This document shows positions 14,924-23,695 of a DNA stretch of 64,000 nucleotides, piece by piece (the first letter of the stretch is position 1; every line of letters starts with the position of its first letter). The stretch lies in contig CANJIM010000004.1 of assembly GCA_947474495.1 (NCBI GenBank), positions 517-64,516 on the forward strand. The letters run 5' to 3'. Source of the stretch: Rhodospirillaceae bacterium (GTDB lineage Bacteria > Pseudomonadota > Alphaproteobacteria > SMXQ01). Position numbers and translations under genes: made by a program. The notes under the pieces are model-generated. The model was not told the origin of the DNA. It made no database searches and was given only the letters and a program-made list of their open reading frames with translations.

Positions 14924-16588
14924 ATGACGCCTCAGCCCGCGATCTCCGACGCGCTTCGCCGCGCCATTGCCGCCGCCGAGGCCGGACGCTTCGGCGAGGC
15001 CGGCGCGCGATGCCTGCAGATTCTTGCCGCCAATCCGCAGGACGCCGGAGCACTCGGACTGCAGGGGGCGATGGCGGCGCAACGCGGCGACCTCATGGTG
15101 GCGATCGCGCGCTATCGCGCCGCGCTGACGGTCGCGCCGCGCTTCGTCAAAGCTTTGAGCAATCTCGGCGCCGTTCTGTCGGCGCTCGGCGAGACGGCGG
15201 AAGCCGAGCGCCTCCTGACAGCGGCGTTGGAAGAAGAGCCACATCACGGCGCGAGCTTGATCAATCTCGGCCAGCTGCTGCTGACGCAGCAGCGCAACGC
15301 GGAGGCCATCGTCGCGCTGCGCCGCGCCACCGCGGCGACCCCAAACGATGCCATGGCTTGGAACAATCTCGGCGGCGCCTATCTCGCAGCCGAGCAGCCC
15401 GACGCGGCGGTCGAAGCGCTGCAGCGCGCCCTGGCGCTCGATTCTGCCGTCGTGGCCGCCTGGAGCAATCTCGGCGCGGCGCATTACCGCAGCGGCCGCT
15501 ATGCCGCCGCCGTCGAAGCCTTTCGCGCGGCGCTGGCGCGCGCCGCGACGCCGGAACTGTGGACGCATCTCGGGGCCGCCTTGCGCGGTATCGGCGACGA
15601 GGCCGGCGCGCTTGCCGCCCATGAGCGGGCGCTCGCCGGCAATCCCGACCTCGCCGAGGCGCGCTTCAACCGGGCGCTGCTGCTGCTCGGCCTCGGGCGC
15701 TTCGCTGAAGGCTGGGCCGATTACCGCGCCCGGGTCTCCGGCCGCGCCTTCCGTCGCTGCCAGGCGACCACCGACACGCCGCGCTTGCCGCTCGACATGA
15801 GCGGCCGGCGCCTGCGCCTGGAGAGCAATCAGGGATTCGGCGACGAGCTTTTCTTCCTACGCTTCGCGCCGGCGCTGAAACGCCGCGGCGCGGCCATCGT
15901 CTATCGCGCGGCGGCCAAGGTCGCCGCGCTGGTCCATCCGCTGGCCATCCTCGACGAGGTCGTCGTCGGCGAGGACGGCGCGCCGGCCGACGTCACGCTG
16001 CTGGTCGATGACTTGCCTTATGCCTTGGCCGCCACCGATACGCCGCCTGCCCTGCCGCTCACGCCGGATCCGCAGGTGCAGGCGGCGCTGCGCGCGCGGC
16101 TGGCGCAACTCGGCCCGCCGCCCTATCTCGGCGTCACCTGGCGCGGCGGCGTCGACAAGTCGGGGTCGCTGTTCAAGCGCGCGCCACGCGAAGCCCTCGC
16201 CCGCCTCGCCGGCGAGTGGCCCGGCACAGTTCTCATGCTGCAACGCCAACCCTTGGCCGGCGAGCTCGAGGCCTTAATCGCCGAGGCCGGCCGCATCGCC
16301 CATGATTTCGCGGCGCTGCATGACGATCTCGGCGACATGCTGGCGCTGCTATCGCTGCTCGACGACTATGTCGCCGTCAGCAACACCAACGTCCATCTGC
16401 GGCAAAGTCTCGGCCTGCCGTCGCGCGTGCTGGTGCCGATGCCGCCCGACTGGCGCTGGATGGCGGCGGGCGACGCATCGCCCTGGTTCCCCGGCTGCGC
16501 CATCTATCGCCAGGCGGCCGACGGCAGCTGGAACGAGGCCTTCGCTCGATTGACGCGCGATGTCGCCGCCGCGCGCATGGCGGGTTGA
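14924..16588 (+). CDS. Modular TPR-repeat glycosyltransferase, paralog 1 (N-terminal TPR array plus C-terminal GT9-like GT-B domain; FlmG-like architecture)
   Basis: Multiple A..Y..AL..P....A..NLG TPR units are present. The C-terminal domain carries GFGDELFFLRF, YLGVTWRGG and the DDYVAVSNTNVHLRQSLGLPSRVLVP signature that resembles the heptosyltransferase (GT9) DTGPMHLAAALGTP region. The start is set at the ATG at 14924 (the track begins at the TTG at 14891). Confidence 0.7.
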   Translation: MTPQPAISDALRRAIAAAEAGRFGEAGARCLQILAANPQDAGALGLQGAMAAQRGDLMVAIARYRAALTVAPRFVKALSNLGAVLSALGETAEAERLLTAALEEEPHHGASLINLGQLLLTQQRNAEAIVALRRATAATPNDAMAWNNLGGAYLAAEQPDAAVEALQRALALDSAVVAAWSNLGAAHYRSGRYAAAVEAFRAALARAATPELWTHLGAALRGIGDEAGALAAHERALAGNPDLAEARFNRALLLLGLGRFAEGWADYRARVSGRAFRRCQATTDTPRLPLDMSGRRLRLESNQGFGDELFFLRFAPALKRRGAAIVYRAAAKVAALVHPLAILDEVVVGEDGAPADVTLLVDDLPYALAATDTPPALPLTPDPQVQAALRARLAQLGPPPYLGVTWRGGVDKSGSLFKRAPREALARLAGEWPGTVLMLQRQPLAGELEALIAEAGRIAHDFAALHDDLGDMLALLSLLDDYVAVSNTNVHLRQSLGLPSRVLVPMPPDWRWMAAGDASPWFPGCAIYRQAADGSWNEAFARLTRDVAAARMAG

Positions 16589-16591
16589 GCG

Positions 16592-18259
16592 ATGGCCACC
16601 GCGCTTCACGCCCTCGCGCTGCGCGCCTATCAAGGCGGCCGTCATGCCGAAGCGGCCGACCACTGCCGCGCGCTGCTGCGCAAATCGCCGGACGATCTGC
16701 CGGCGCTGCAAATGCTCGGCGCCATCGCCGCTGCCGGCGGACAATTGGGCGAGGCGCTCGATCTGGCGCGCCGCGCCGCGGCGCTGGCGCCGGACAATCC
16801 CGATACCCAAGGCGCGCTCGGTGCCTTGCTGGCGCAAAGCGGCGACGCCGCCGGCGCGCTGGCGCCGCTCGAGCACGCGCTGGCGCGGCAGCCGCGCAAC
16901 GCCGGCCTGCACAACAGTCGCGCCGACACCCTGCAGCGGCTCGGCCGCTTCGCCGAGGCGCTCGCCGCCTATGATCGGGCGTTGGTCGCCGGACCGCCGC
17001 ATCCCGAGGCCCTGCTGCAGCGCGGCCATGTTTTATTGGCACTGCACAAGCCGGCCGAGGCGCTAGCGAGCTTCGGGAAATCCCTGGCGCAGCGCGGCGA
17101 CGCGCGCCGCATCCATTGTGGCCAGGGGCTGGCCCTGTTGGCGCTCGGCCGCGCCGACGACGCAGCGGCGAGTTTCGAGCGCGTTCTGGCGCTGGCGCCC
17201 AAGGATGCCAATGCCCTCAACAATCTTGCCGTCGCCCGGCATCAGCAGGGTCGCTACGACGAGGCCATGGCGCTCTATGAGCGACTCCTGGCAGGCGCCC
17301 CCGACGATTCTCCGGCGCGGTTCGGCCGGGCACAATTGCACCTCGCCCATGGCCGCTTCCCCGCGGGATGGGACGATCACCGCTGGCGCCAATCGGCGGC
17401 GGAACATCGCGCAGCGCTGTATCAAGAACGCCTGCCGGGGGATCTCACCGGGCAAACTTTTTGGCTCCGCAAGGATCAGGGCCTAGGCGACGAGATTTTC
17501 TTCCTCCGCTTCGCGCCGGCTCTCAAGCGGCGCGGCGCCCATGTGATCTATCAAGCCGGGACCAAGATCGCCGGGCTGCTGCGCCGCCCGCCCGTGCTTG
17601 GCACGGCGCTCGACGGGGTGCTCGACGAGGCGGCGCCGCTGCCCGAGACGGCGCGCGTGCTGTCGGTCGGCGACCTGCCCTACGCCCTCGGCCCCGACAG
17701 CGAGACGCCGCCGCCGCTGGCGCTACAGCCGGACGCAGACCAGTCGGCCGCCATCGCCGCGCGTCTCGCGGCGCTCGGGCCGCCGCCCTACATCGCCGTG
17801 ACCTGGCGCGCGGGAACCTTGGAAAGCAACGCGCTCTACAAGGCAGTGCCGCTGGCGGCGCTGGCCGCCGCGGTGGCGCCGCTGCCCGGCACGCTGATCT
17901 CGGTGCAACGCCTGCCGGCCGCGGGCGAAGGCGCCGCCTTCGCCGCCGCCGCCGGCCGGGCTTTGCACGACCTCTCGGACCTCAACGACGATCTCGAGGC
18001 CATGCTCGCGCTGATGGCGCGACTCGACGACTATGTCGCCGTCAGCAACACCAACGTGCATCTGCGCGCCAGCGCCGGCCGGCCGTCGCGCTTGCTGGTG
18101 CCGATGCCCGCCGACTGGCGTTGGATGGCGGCGGGCGACGAGTCGCCGTGGTTTCCAGGCTCGCCGATTTACCGCCAGGCGTTTGGCGGCTCATGGGATG
18201 CGGCGCTCGCCCGCCTGTCGGCCGATCTCATCGCGGTATTCAGCCTCGCCACTCTGTGA
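16592..18259 (+). CDS. Modular TPR-repeat glycosyltransferase, paralog 2 (TPR plus GT9-like)
   Basis: Same architecture as paralog 1. The C-terminus has DDYVAVSNTNVHLRASAGRPSRLLVPMPADWRWMAAGDESPWFPGSPIYRQA. It starts 3 nt after the paralog 1 stop. Confidence 0.7.
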   Translation: MATALHALALRAYQGGRHAEAADHCRALLRKSPDDLPALQMLGAIAAAGGQLGEALDLARRAAALAPDNPDTQGALGALLAQSGDAAGALAPLEHALARQPRNAGLHNSRADTLQRLGRFAEALAAYDRALVAGPPHPEALLQRGHVLLALHKPAEALASFGKSLAQRGDARRIHCGQGLALLALGRADDAAASFERVLALAPKDANALNNLAVARHQQGRYDEAMALYERLLAGAPDDSPARFGRAQLHLAHGRFPAGWDDHRWRQSAAEHRAALYQERLPGDLTGQTFWLRKDQGLGDEIFFLRFAPALKRRGAHVIYQAGTKIAGLLRRPPVLGTALDGVLDEAAPLPETARVLSVGDLPYALGPDSETPPPLALQPDADQSAAIAARLAALGPPPYIAVTWRAGTLESNALYKAVPLAALAAAVAPLPGTLISVQRLPAAGEGAAFAAAAGRALHDLSDLNDDLEAMLALMARLDDYVAVSNTNVHLRASAGRPSRLLVPMPADWRWMAAGDESPWFPGSPIYRQAFGGSWDAALARLSADLIAVFSLATL

Positions 18260-18299
18260 GATAATTGCCGTCCGGCTCGCTCAATTTAGGATCGCTATT

Positions 18300-19025
18300 T
18301 TGTCAGGTTCTCCGTTCCGTGTGTATGTCGGCTGGGACAGCCGTGAAGAGATCGCCTATGATGTTTGCCGCGAGTCGCTGCAGCACCACGCGTCGATTCC
18401 CGTCGAGGTGATCCCGCTCCAGCAAGGCGAGTTGCGCGCGCGCGGCCTTTACACGCGCGACGCCGATCCGCTGGCCTCGACTGAGTTCACCTACACGCGC
18501 TTTCTCGTGCCCCATCTCGCGGGATACGACGGCTGGGCGCTTTATTGCGACTGCGATTTCCTGTGGACCGGCGACATCGCCGGTCTCGCCGCATACGCCG
18601 ATCCGGACCACGCCGCGCGCTACGGCGCGCTCTGCGTGCAGCACGACTATCGTCCGACCGAAACCACCAAGATGGACGGCAAGGTGCAGACGAGCTATCC
18701 GCGGAAGAACTGGTCGAGCCTGATCCTGTTCAATTGCGCCTATCCGCAGACGCGGCGCCTGACGCCCGAGGTGGTCAACCGCGAGAGCGGCGCCCATCTC
18801 CACCGCTTCCAGTGGCTCGATGACGCCGCGATCGGCGCCGTGCCGGAGACCTGGAACTGGCTCGAAGGCTGGAGCAAGAAGCCGGCCGGCGCGCCGCCCA
18901 ACGTCGTGCATTACACGCGCGGCGGCCCGTGGTTCGCCGATTGGCAGAATGTCGACTACGGCGATCTCTGGCTCGCCGAAGCGGCGCGGATTACGACGGC
19001 GAAGTCCGCCGCGCCAGGCCCTTGA
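18300..19025 (+). CDS. Putative small GT-A/DxD-type glycosyltransferase-like protein. The start is uncertain (TTG 18300 or GTG 18321); the track ORF from 18033 is an upstream extension.
   Basis: VYVGWDSREEIAYDVC, a DxD-like CDCDFLW motif and WNWLEGWS. It has no confidently recognised family and is embedded between TPR-GT paralogs 2 and 3. Confidence 0.45.
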   Translation: MSGSPFRVYVGWDSREEIAYDVCRESLQHHASIPVEVIPLQQGELRARGLYTRDADPLASTEFTYTRFLVPHLAGYDGWALYCDCDFLWTGDIAGLAAYADPDHAARYGALCVQHDYRPTETTKMDGKVQTSYPRKNWSSLILFNCAYPQTRRLTPEVVNRESGAHLHRFQWLDDAAIGAVPETWNWLEGWSKKPAGAPPNVVHYTRGGPWFADWQNVDYGDLWLAEAARITTAKSAAPGP

Positions 19026-20893
19026 GCGCGACGATTTCTCAGGCGCTGCAGACGGCGCTGGCGGCGCATAAGGCGGGGCGCCTGGCCGAAGCCCAAGCCG
19101 CCTATGAAAGCATTCTCGGAATCGATCCGGACAATCCCGATGCTTTGCATCTCTCCGGTTTGGTCCGTCTGCAGCGCGGCAATGCCGCCGTCGCGCGCGA
19201 TCGTCTCGCCCGCGCCGTGGCGCTGCGTCCCCGAATGGCGCCTTATCATATGAATCTCGGTCGGGCGCAGCAGGCTCTGGGACTGTCTGGGGAGGCGGTT
19301 GCCAGCTTTCGTCAAGCTGCCGCGCTAGCACCAGGCGAGGGCGCTGTTTGGCAGCATCTCGCCCTCGCGCTGCGCGGCCAAGGTGATGTCGTCGGCGCTA
19401 TCGATGCCCTGCGCCGCGCCGCGCAAGCGGCGCCGCACGACGCTGCGCCGGCCAACAACCTGTCCGCCATTTTGCTGGAACAAGGCCGTCTCGAGGAAGC
19501 CTGGCCGGCGATTTCGCGCGCCCGGTCGCTCGCGCCGGACAATGCCTTGACGCTATGCAACGAAGGCCAGGCGCTGCTGCTTGAGGGGCGGGCCGCCGAG
19601 GCGCTCGTTCCGCTGCGCCGCGCTGTCGTCGCGCTGCCAGACAATGCCATGATTCTCAATAGTCTCGGCGTCGCACTGCAAGATTCGCAACAGGTCGCCG
19701 AAGCGGTTGACGTGCTGGCACGCGCCGTCGCTCTCGCGCCCACGAGTCCCATCCTCCGCGTCTCCTATGGCAACGCGCTGAAAAAGCACGGTTGCTATGA
19801 CGCGGCGCTGGCGGAATTCGAACAGGCCCTGGCAATGCGGCCGGATGTTGCGGAAATTCATTCCCATATCGGCACCTGCCATGACGCGCTTCTACGCCAC
19901 GACGCAGCCATCGCCTCTTATGATCGCGCGCTGACGTTGAAACCCGACTACGCGCGGGCGCAGCAAAACCGCGCGATGACGCTGCTGACGCTGGGCCACT
20001 TCAAGAACGGTTGGCAGGACTATGTCGCCCGCGACAACAAGCCGAACCTGCTGCTGAACTTGCTCGCGTCCCCCCATGGCGCCGACGACATTCGCGGCCA
20101 GCGTGTTTTATTGTGCGGCGAGCAGGGCCTCGGCGACGAGATTTTCTTTTTGCGCTTCCTGCCTGAACTTCGGCGCCGTGGCGTCGCGCGCGTGACCTAT
20201 ATCGCCGATGCGAAAATCGCAGCGCTGCTGGCGCGTTGCGACGGCCTCGATGCGGTGCAGACGGCGGCAGATGCCTTGCCGCCGGCCGAGACGACCATCG
20301 CCATCGGTGATCTGCCGCTGGTGCTGCGGATGACGACGGCTGGGCAGATTCCGCCTTCGATCTCATTGCCGCCTCTGCCGACGCGCATGGCCGAGATCGC
20401 CGCCCGTCTCGCGGCTTGCGGGCCGCCGCCCTATATCGGTGTGACATGGCGAGCGGGGATCGCCGCCCGTCTCGGCGCCTTGTTCAAGCTCGCGCCGCTG
20501 GCCGACCTCGGAACCTGTCTTCGCGTATTGTCCGGCACGCTGATCGCGCTGCAGCGTCTGCCGCAGGAGGGTGAAATCGCCGCCTTAGCCGCCGCCGCCG
20601 GCAAAGTCGTGCACGACCTCACTGCCCTGAATGACGATCTCGAGGCTATGCTGGCCCTGCTGGCGCAGCTCGACGATTACATCGCCGTCAGCAATACCAA
20701 TATGCATCTGCGCGCTGCCGCCGGCCGGACCAGCCGCGTGCTGGTGCCCTGTCCGCCGGAATTTCGCTGGATGGCGAGCGGCGATGAATCGCCCTGGTTC
20801 CCCGGATCGCCGCTGTATCGCCAAGCCGTCGACCGCACCTGGACGGTGGCGTTGGCGCGTTTGTCTGCTGATCTCCGTGCTGCCGTCGGTTAG
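19022..20893 (+). CDS. Modular TPR-repeat glycosyltransferase, paralog 3 (TPR plus GT9-like)
   Basis: The TTG at 19022 overlaps the upstream stop (TTGA coupling). The C-terminal region is ~75% identical to paralog 2 (DDYIAVSNTNMHLRAAAGRTSRVLVPCPPEFRWMASGDESPWFPGSPLYRQA). Confidence 0.7.
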   Translation: MSATISQALQTALAAHKAGRLAEAQAAYESILGIDPDNPDALHLSGLVRLQRGNAAVARDRLARAVALRPRMAPYHMNLGRAQQALGLSGEAVASFRQAAALAPGEGAVWQHLALALRGQGDVVGAIDALRRAAQAAPHDAAPANNLSAILLEQGRLEEAWPAISRARSLAPDNALTLCNEGQALLLEGRAAEALVPLRRAVVALPDNAMILNSLGVALQDSQQVAEAVDVLARAVALAPTSPILRVSYGNALKKHGCYDAALAEFEQALAMRPDVAEIHSHIGTCHDALLRHDAAIASYDRALTLKPDYARAQQNRAMTLLTLGHFKNGWQDYVARDNKPNLLLNLLASPHGADDIRGQRVLLCGEQGLGDEIFFLRFLPELRRRGVARVTYIADAKIAALLARCDGLDAVQTAADALPPAETTIAIGDLPLVLRMTTAGQIPPSISLPPLPTRMAEIAARLAACGPPPYIGVTWRAGIAARLGALFKLAPLADLGTCLRVLSGTLIALQRLPQEGEIAALAAAAGKVVHDLTALNDDLEAMLALLAQLDDYIAVSNTNMHLRAAAGRTSRVLVPCPPEFRWMASGDESPWFPGSPLYRQAVDRTWTVALARLSADLRAAVG

Positions 20894-22044
20894 ACCGGCG
20901 CGATCACCTTCATCGCCAGCAGCGAGCGCAGCAGCTCGCCGCGCGCCGCGTCGGCGATCTGCGGGAAGGCGGCGGCGAGCGCGGCATCGGCGAACACCTG
21001 TTGTCTGATGATCCAGGCGACGGCGCTATTGAACCCCGGCGGGATCGGCGTGCTTTTGCCGGCGCGCGCGAGCGCCCAACCGCCGCCTTGCGCCACCACC
21101 TTGAAGTCAGCGGCCGTGACGCGATAGCGGGGCGCCGCCGCGCGATAGCGATATGCGTCCTGGAATTGGCATAGCGCGGCCAGATTGACTGGGTCGCTCG
21201 CCATCTCGGCGAGCCGTTGGCCGAGCGCCTGCAGCCGCGCGGCGAAGGCGGCCTCGCCGGCGCCCGCCTCGCGGCCGTGGCGGCGCGGCAGATCGGCGCG
21301 GAACAGCGGCTCCTCGACGGCGCGGGCGAACAACGCGCTGACGACATCGAGGCCGATGACGGCGACGGCGCCGAAGGCGATATGGATGGTGCGCTCGGAG
21401 AGCGCGACGGCGTCGTGATACTGGCCGCGCGGCAAATAGAGAAGATCGCCGGGCTTCATCAGCACCTCGAGGGCGATCCTGCCCTTGGCCTGCTCGTGAA
21501 AGGCGCGCGTCTGGCTCTTGAAGGTCGGATGCTCGATCGGATTGTTGATGCGTCCTTCGTAGATGCGCCACAGCTTCTCGCCATGGACATGCACGGCAAA
21601 GACGTCATGGGTGTCGTAATGGCTGGCGAAAGCTTGGCGCTCGCGCGGGGAGCTGTAGAGATTTGCCTGCACCTTCGATTCGAGGGCGTCTTCCAGCGTC
21701 TGTGCCAGCCCAGCGACCGCGGCCAGGCCGGGTGCCGCCATGTCGATGTCGTTGAGCACGAGGCTGGCGCCACGGTTCAGCAGCGCGCGGACCTTCGGCG
21801 CATCGGGCGCGCCGTTGGCGGCAAGATATTCGGTGCCTGGCACCATGGCGCTGTCGCGCGCCATTTGCAGCGATTGTGCGCCCCACAGGCCGGGTGCGGC
21901 GATGAGTTCGTCGAGCTTGGCGCGTGACATGATGTCGGAAAATTTGTCCGCCTCGCCGGGCACATGCAGCGGCGCGTGGCCGTGATGGCGCTCGAAGAAT
22001 TGTGCCGGCGTGATCGGCGCGAGAATGTCGGTGAAGGAGACCAT
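20890..22044 (-). CDS. JmjC/cupin-4 family (ribosomal-oxygenase-like) Fe(II)/2OG oxygenase domain protein
   Basis: HYDTHDVFAVHVHGEKLW ... YLPRGQYHDAV fits the HxD...H jelly-roll pattern of Cupin_4/JmjC proteins. Confidence 0.6.
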   Translation of the reverse strand: MVSFTDILAPITPAQFFERHHGHAPLHVPGEADKFSDIMSRAKLDELIAAPGLWGAQSLQMARDSAMVPGTEYLAANGAPDAPKVRALLNRGASLVLNDIDMAAPGLAAVAGLAQTLEDALESKVQANLYSSPRERQAFASHYDTHDVFAVHVHGEKLWRIYEGRINNPIEHPTFKSQTRAFHEQAKGRIALEVLMKPGDLLYLPRGQYHDAVALSERTIHIAFGAVAVIGLDVVSALFARAVEEPLFRADLPRRHGREAGAGEAAFAARLQALGQRLAEMASDPVNLAALCQFQDAYRYRAAAPRYRVTAADFKVVAQGGGWALARAGKSTPIPPGFNSAVAWIIRQQVFADAALAAAFPQIADAARGELLRSLLAMKVIAPV

Positions 22045-22069
22045 GGGTTTAATCTAGCGCTGTTGGCGC

Positions 22070-22723
22070 TCAAGCCAAACTCTGAAAATCGACGTCGCCG
22101 CGGTCAACGTCGTCGGCCTTTCGCCTGCGGCTGGTCAATCCATCGATGGCGGCGATCCCGGTCGCGCCGCTGCCGCGCAAGCGGCGGGCGTTGTGTTCGG
22201 CGATGCCGCCGAGCCCGTAGACCGGGATCGAGCTGCTGCGGACCCAGGCGGCGAAGCGCAGCGAGCCGAGCGGCGCGGCGCCGGGGTGGCTCAGGGTGGC
22301 GAACACCGGCGACAGCAAGGCCGCCGTCACGCCGGCCTGCGTGGCGCGGCGCAAGGCCGGGATCGAATGGGCGGCGGCGGTGACCAGCCAGTGGGGCAAT
22401 TTGCGCAGCCGCGTGCCGGCGCGCTGCAGCGCGCGTTCGGAGAAATGCACGCCATCTGCGCCAACGTCGAGGGCCATGCGCATGTCGTCGGCGATCAGCA
22501 GCTTGACGCGGCGCGCAGTCGTCGCGGCGCGCAGGATACGGGCGAGCGCCAAGCGCGATTGCAGTACCAACTCGTGGTGGCGGAAGATGACTGCCGATCC
22601 CGGCGGCAACCTTAGAATGGTGGCTACGGGATCAGGGGTTCTTTGGCTGTCCGTCACGAAGATCAGGCGCGGCAAGGACTCGCCGCCGAGATGCGCGCAG
22701 GTCTGCCGAACGGCGGCCCGCAT
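22070..22723 (-). CDS. thiE: Thiamine-phosphate synthase (ThiE) family protein
   Basis: LIFVTD, GADGVH and IPVYGLGGI motifs of the TMP-TENI fold. The start is set at an internal Met. Confidence 0.6.
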   Translation of the reverse strand: MRAAVRQTCAHLGGESLPRLIFVTDSQRTPDPVATILRLPPGSAVIFRHHELVLQSRLALARILRAATTARRVKLLIADDMRMALDVGADGVHFSERALQRAGTRLRKLPHWLVTAAAHSIPALRRATQAGVTAALLSPVFATLSHPGAAPLGSLRFAAWVRSSSIPVYGLGGIAEHNARRLRGSGATGIAAIDGLTSRRRKADDVDRGDVDFQSLA

Positions 22724-22809
22724 GCGCCTTAATTTGAGGTGATGCGCGGCAGATGCTAGATTGAAAATCATTCTAGTCACGAAGTTTCGCACTCAACCTA
22801 GAGGCCAAA

Positions 22810-23694
22810 TTGTCAGAAGCGCACGCGCCGGGCGGCACAGCAATCGTTTATTATCCCGAAATCAAGCCCTGGATCATTAAGGATTTGGCCGAACGATTCT
22901 GCGCGGAATTCACCAAGCGCGGTCATCGCAGCGCGCTGATCAATAGCCCGCTCGCAGGCTATGACACTTACTATCACTTCAATTATCTACAGTGTCGCGG
23001 CGTCTTGCCCAATACGAAAAATTTCACATACGTCACCCATGTGAATACGCCGGCCAAACTCTCGCTGCTGCGCGGCCAGGCGGAGGCCGGTATCGTCGGC
23101 ATTTGCATGTCGGAAGATACCGCGCGTCGCCTGCGCGAGCTCACCGGATTCAACCGGTTCGTGGGGTTGACGCCGCCGGCGCTGCGCTACGGGGAGTTTC
23201 CCGATCTCAGCATCTTGATCGCGAGCCGGCTCTATGACGACGGCAGAAAAAACCTGACGACGATGAAAGAGGCTTTGGACCGCTTGAGGGGACCAAACAG
23301 CGTTTTGAACATTATGGGCTCGGGCTGGGAAGAGTTCATTGCGGCCTATAAAGATCAATTCAAAGAGATCAATTACCACCCGGTCTTCTCGGAGCGGACT
23401 TACCTGGAGCTGATCGAGGCGACGAACCTGCTAATATACTCAGGATTCGACGAGGGCGCGATCTCTGTGCTGGATTATCTCGCGAGCGGCAAACGCGTTT
23501 TGACGACCGCTCAAGGCTATCACTTGGATTATGCGGATTGCGCAAATCTATATTTGTTTTCCGACGCGCCGACACTCGATGCGCAAATCTCGAAAATACA
23601 AATGGAAATCAACCTCGCTCGGGCCCAGCATAAAAGAGTGACAGACTGGGACGGCTATTGCGCGCGGCATATCGAGCTGTTCGGCAAAAGCTAG
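22810..23694 (+). CDS. Putative glycosyltransferase (GT-B C-terminal-domain-like); first gene of the low-GC island
   Basis: RLYDDGRKNLTTMKEALDRL ... VLNIMGSGWEEF ... YLASGKRVLTT resembles the GT4 C-terminal domain. GC is clearly lower than the genome background. Confidence 0.5.
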   Translation: MSEAHAPGGTAIVYYPEIKPWIIKDLAERFCAEFTKRGHRSALINSPLAGYDTYYHFNYLQCRGVLPNTKNFTYVTHVNTPAKLSLLRGQAEAGIVGICMSEDTARRLRELTGFNRFVGLTPPALRYGEFPDLSILIASRLYDDGRKNLTTMKEALDRLRGPNSVLNIMGSGWEEFIAAYKDQFKEINYHPVFSERTYLELIEATNLLIYSGFDEGAISVLDYLASGKRVLTTAQGYHLDYADCANLYLFSDAPTLDAQISKIQMEINLARAQHKRVTDWDGYCARHIELFGKS

Positions 23695-23695
23695 C

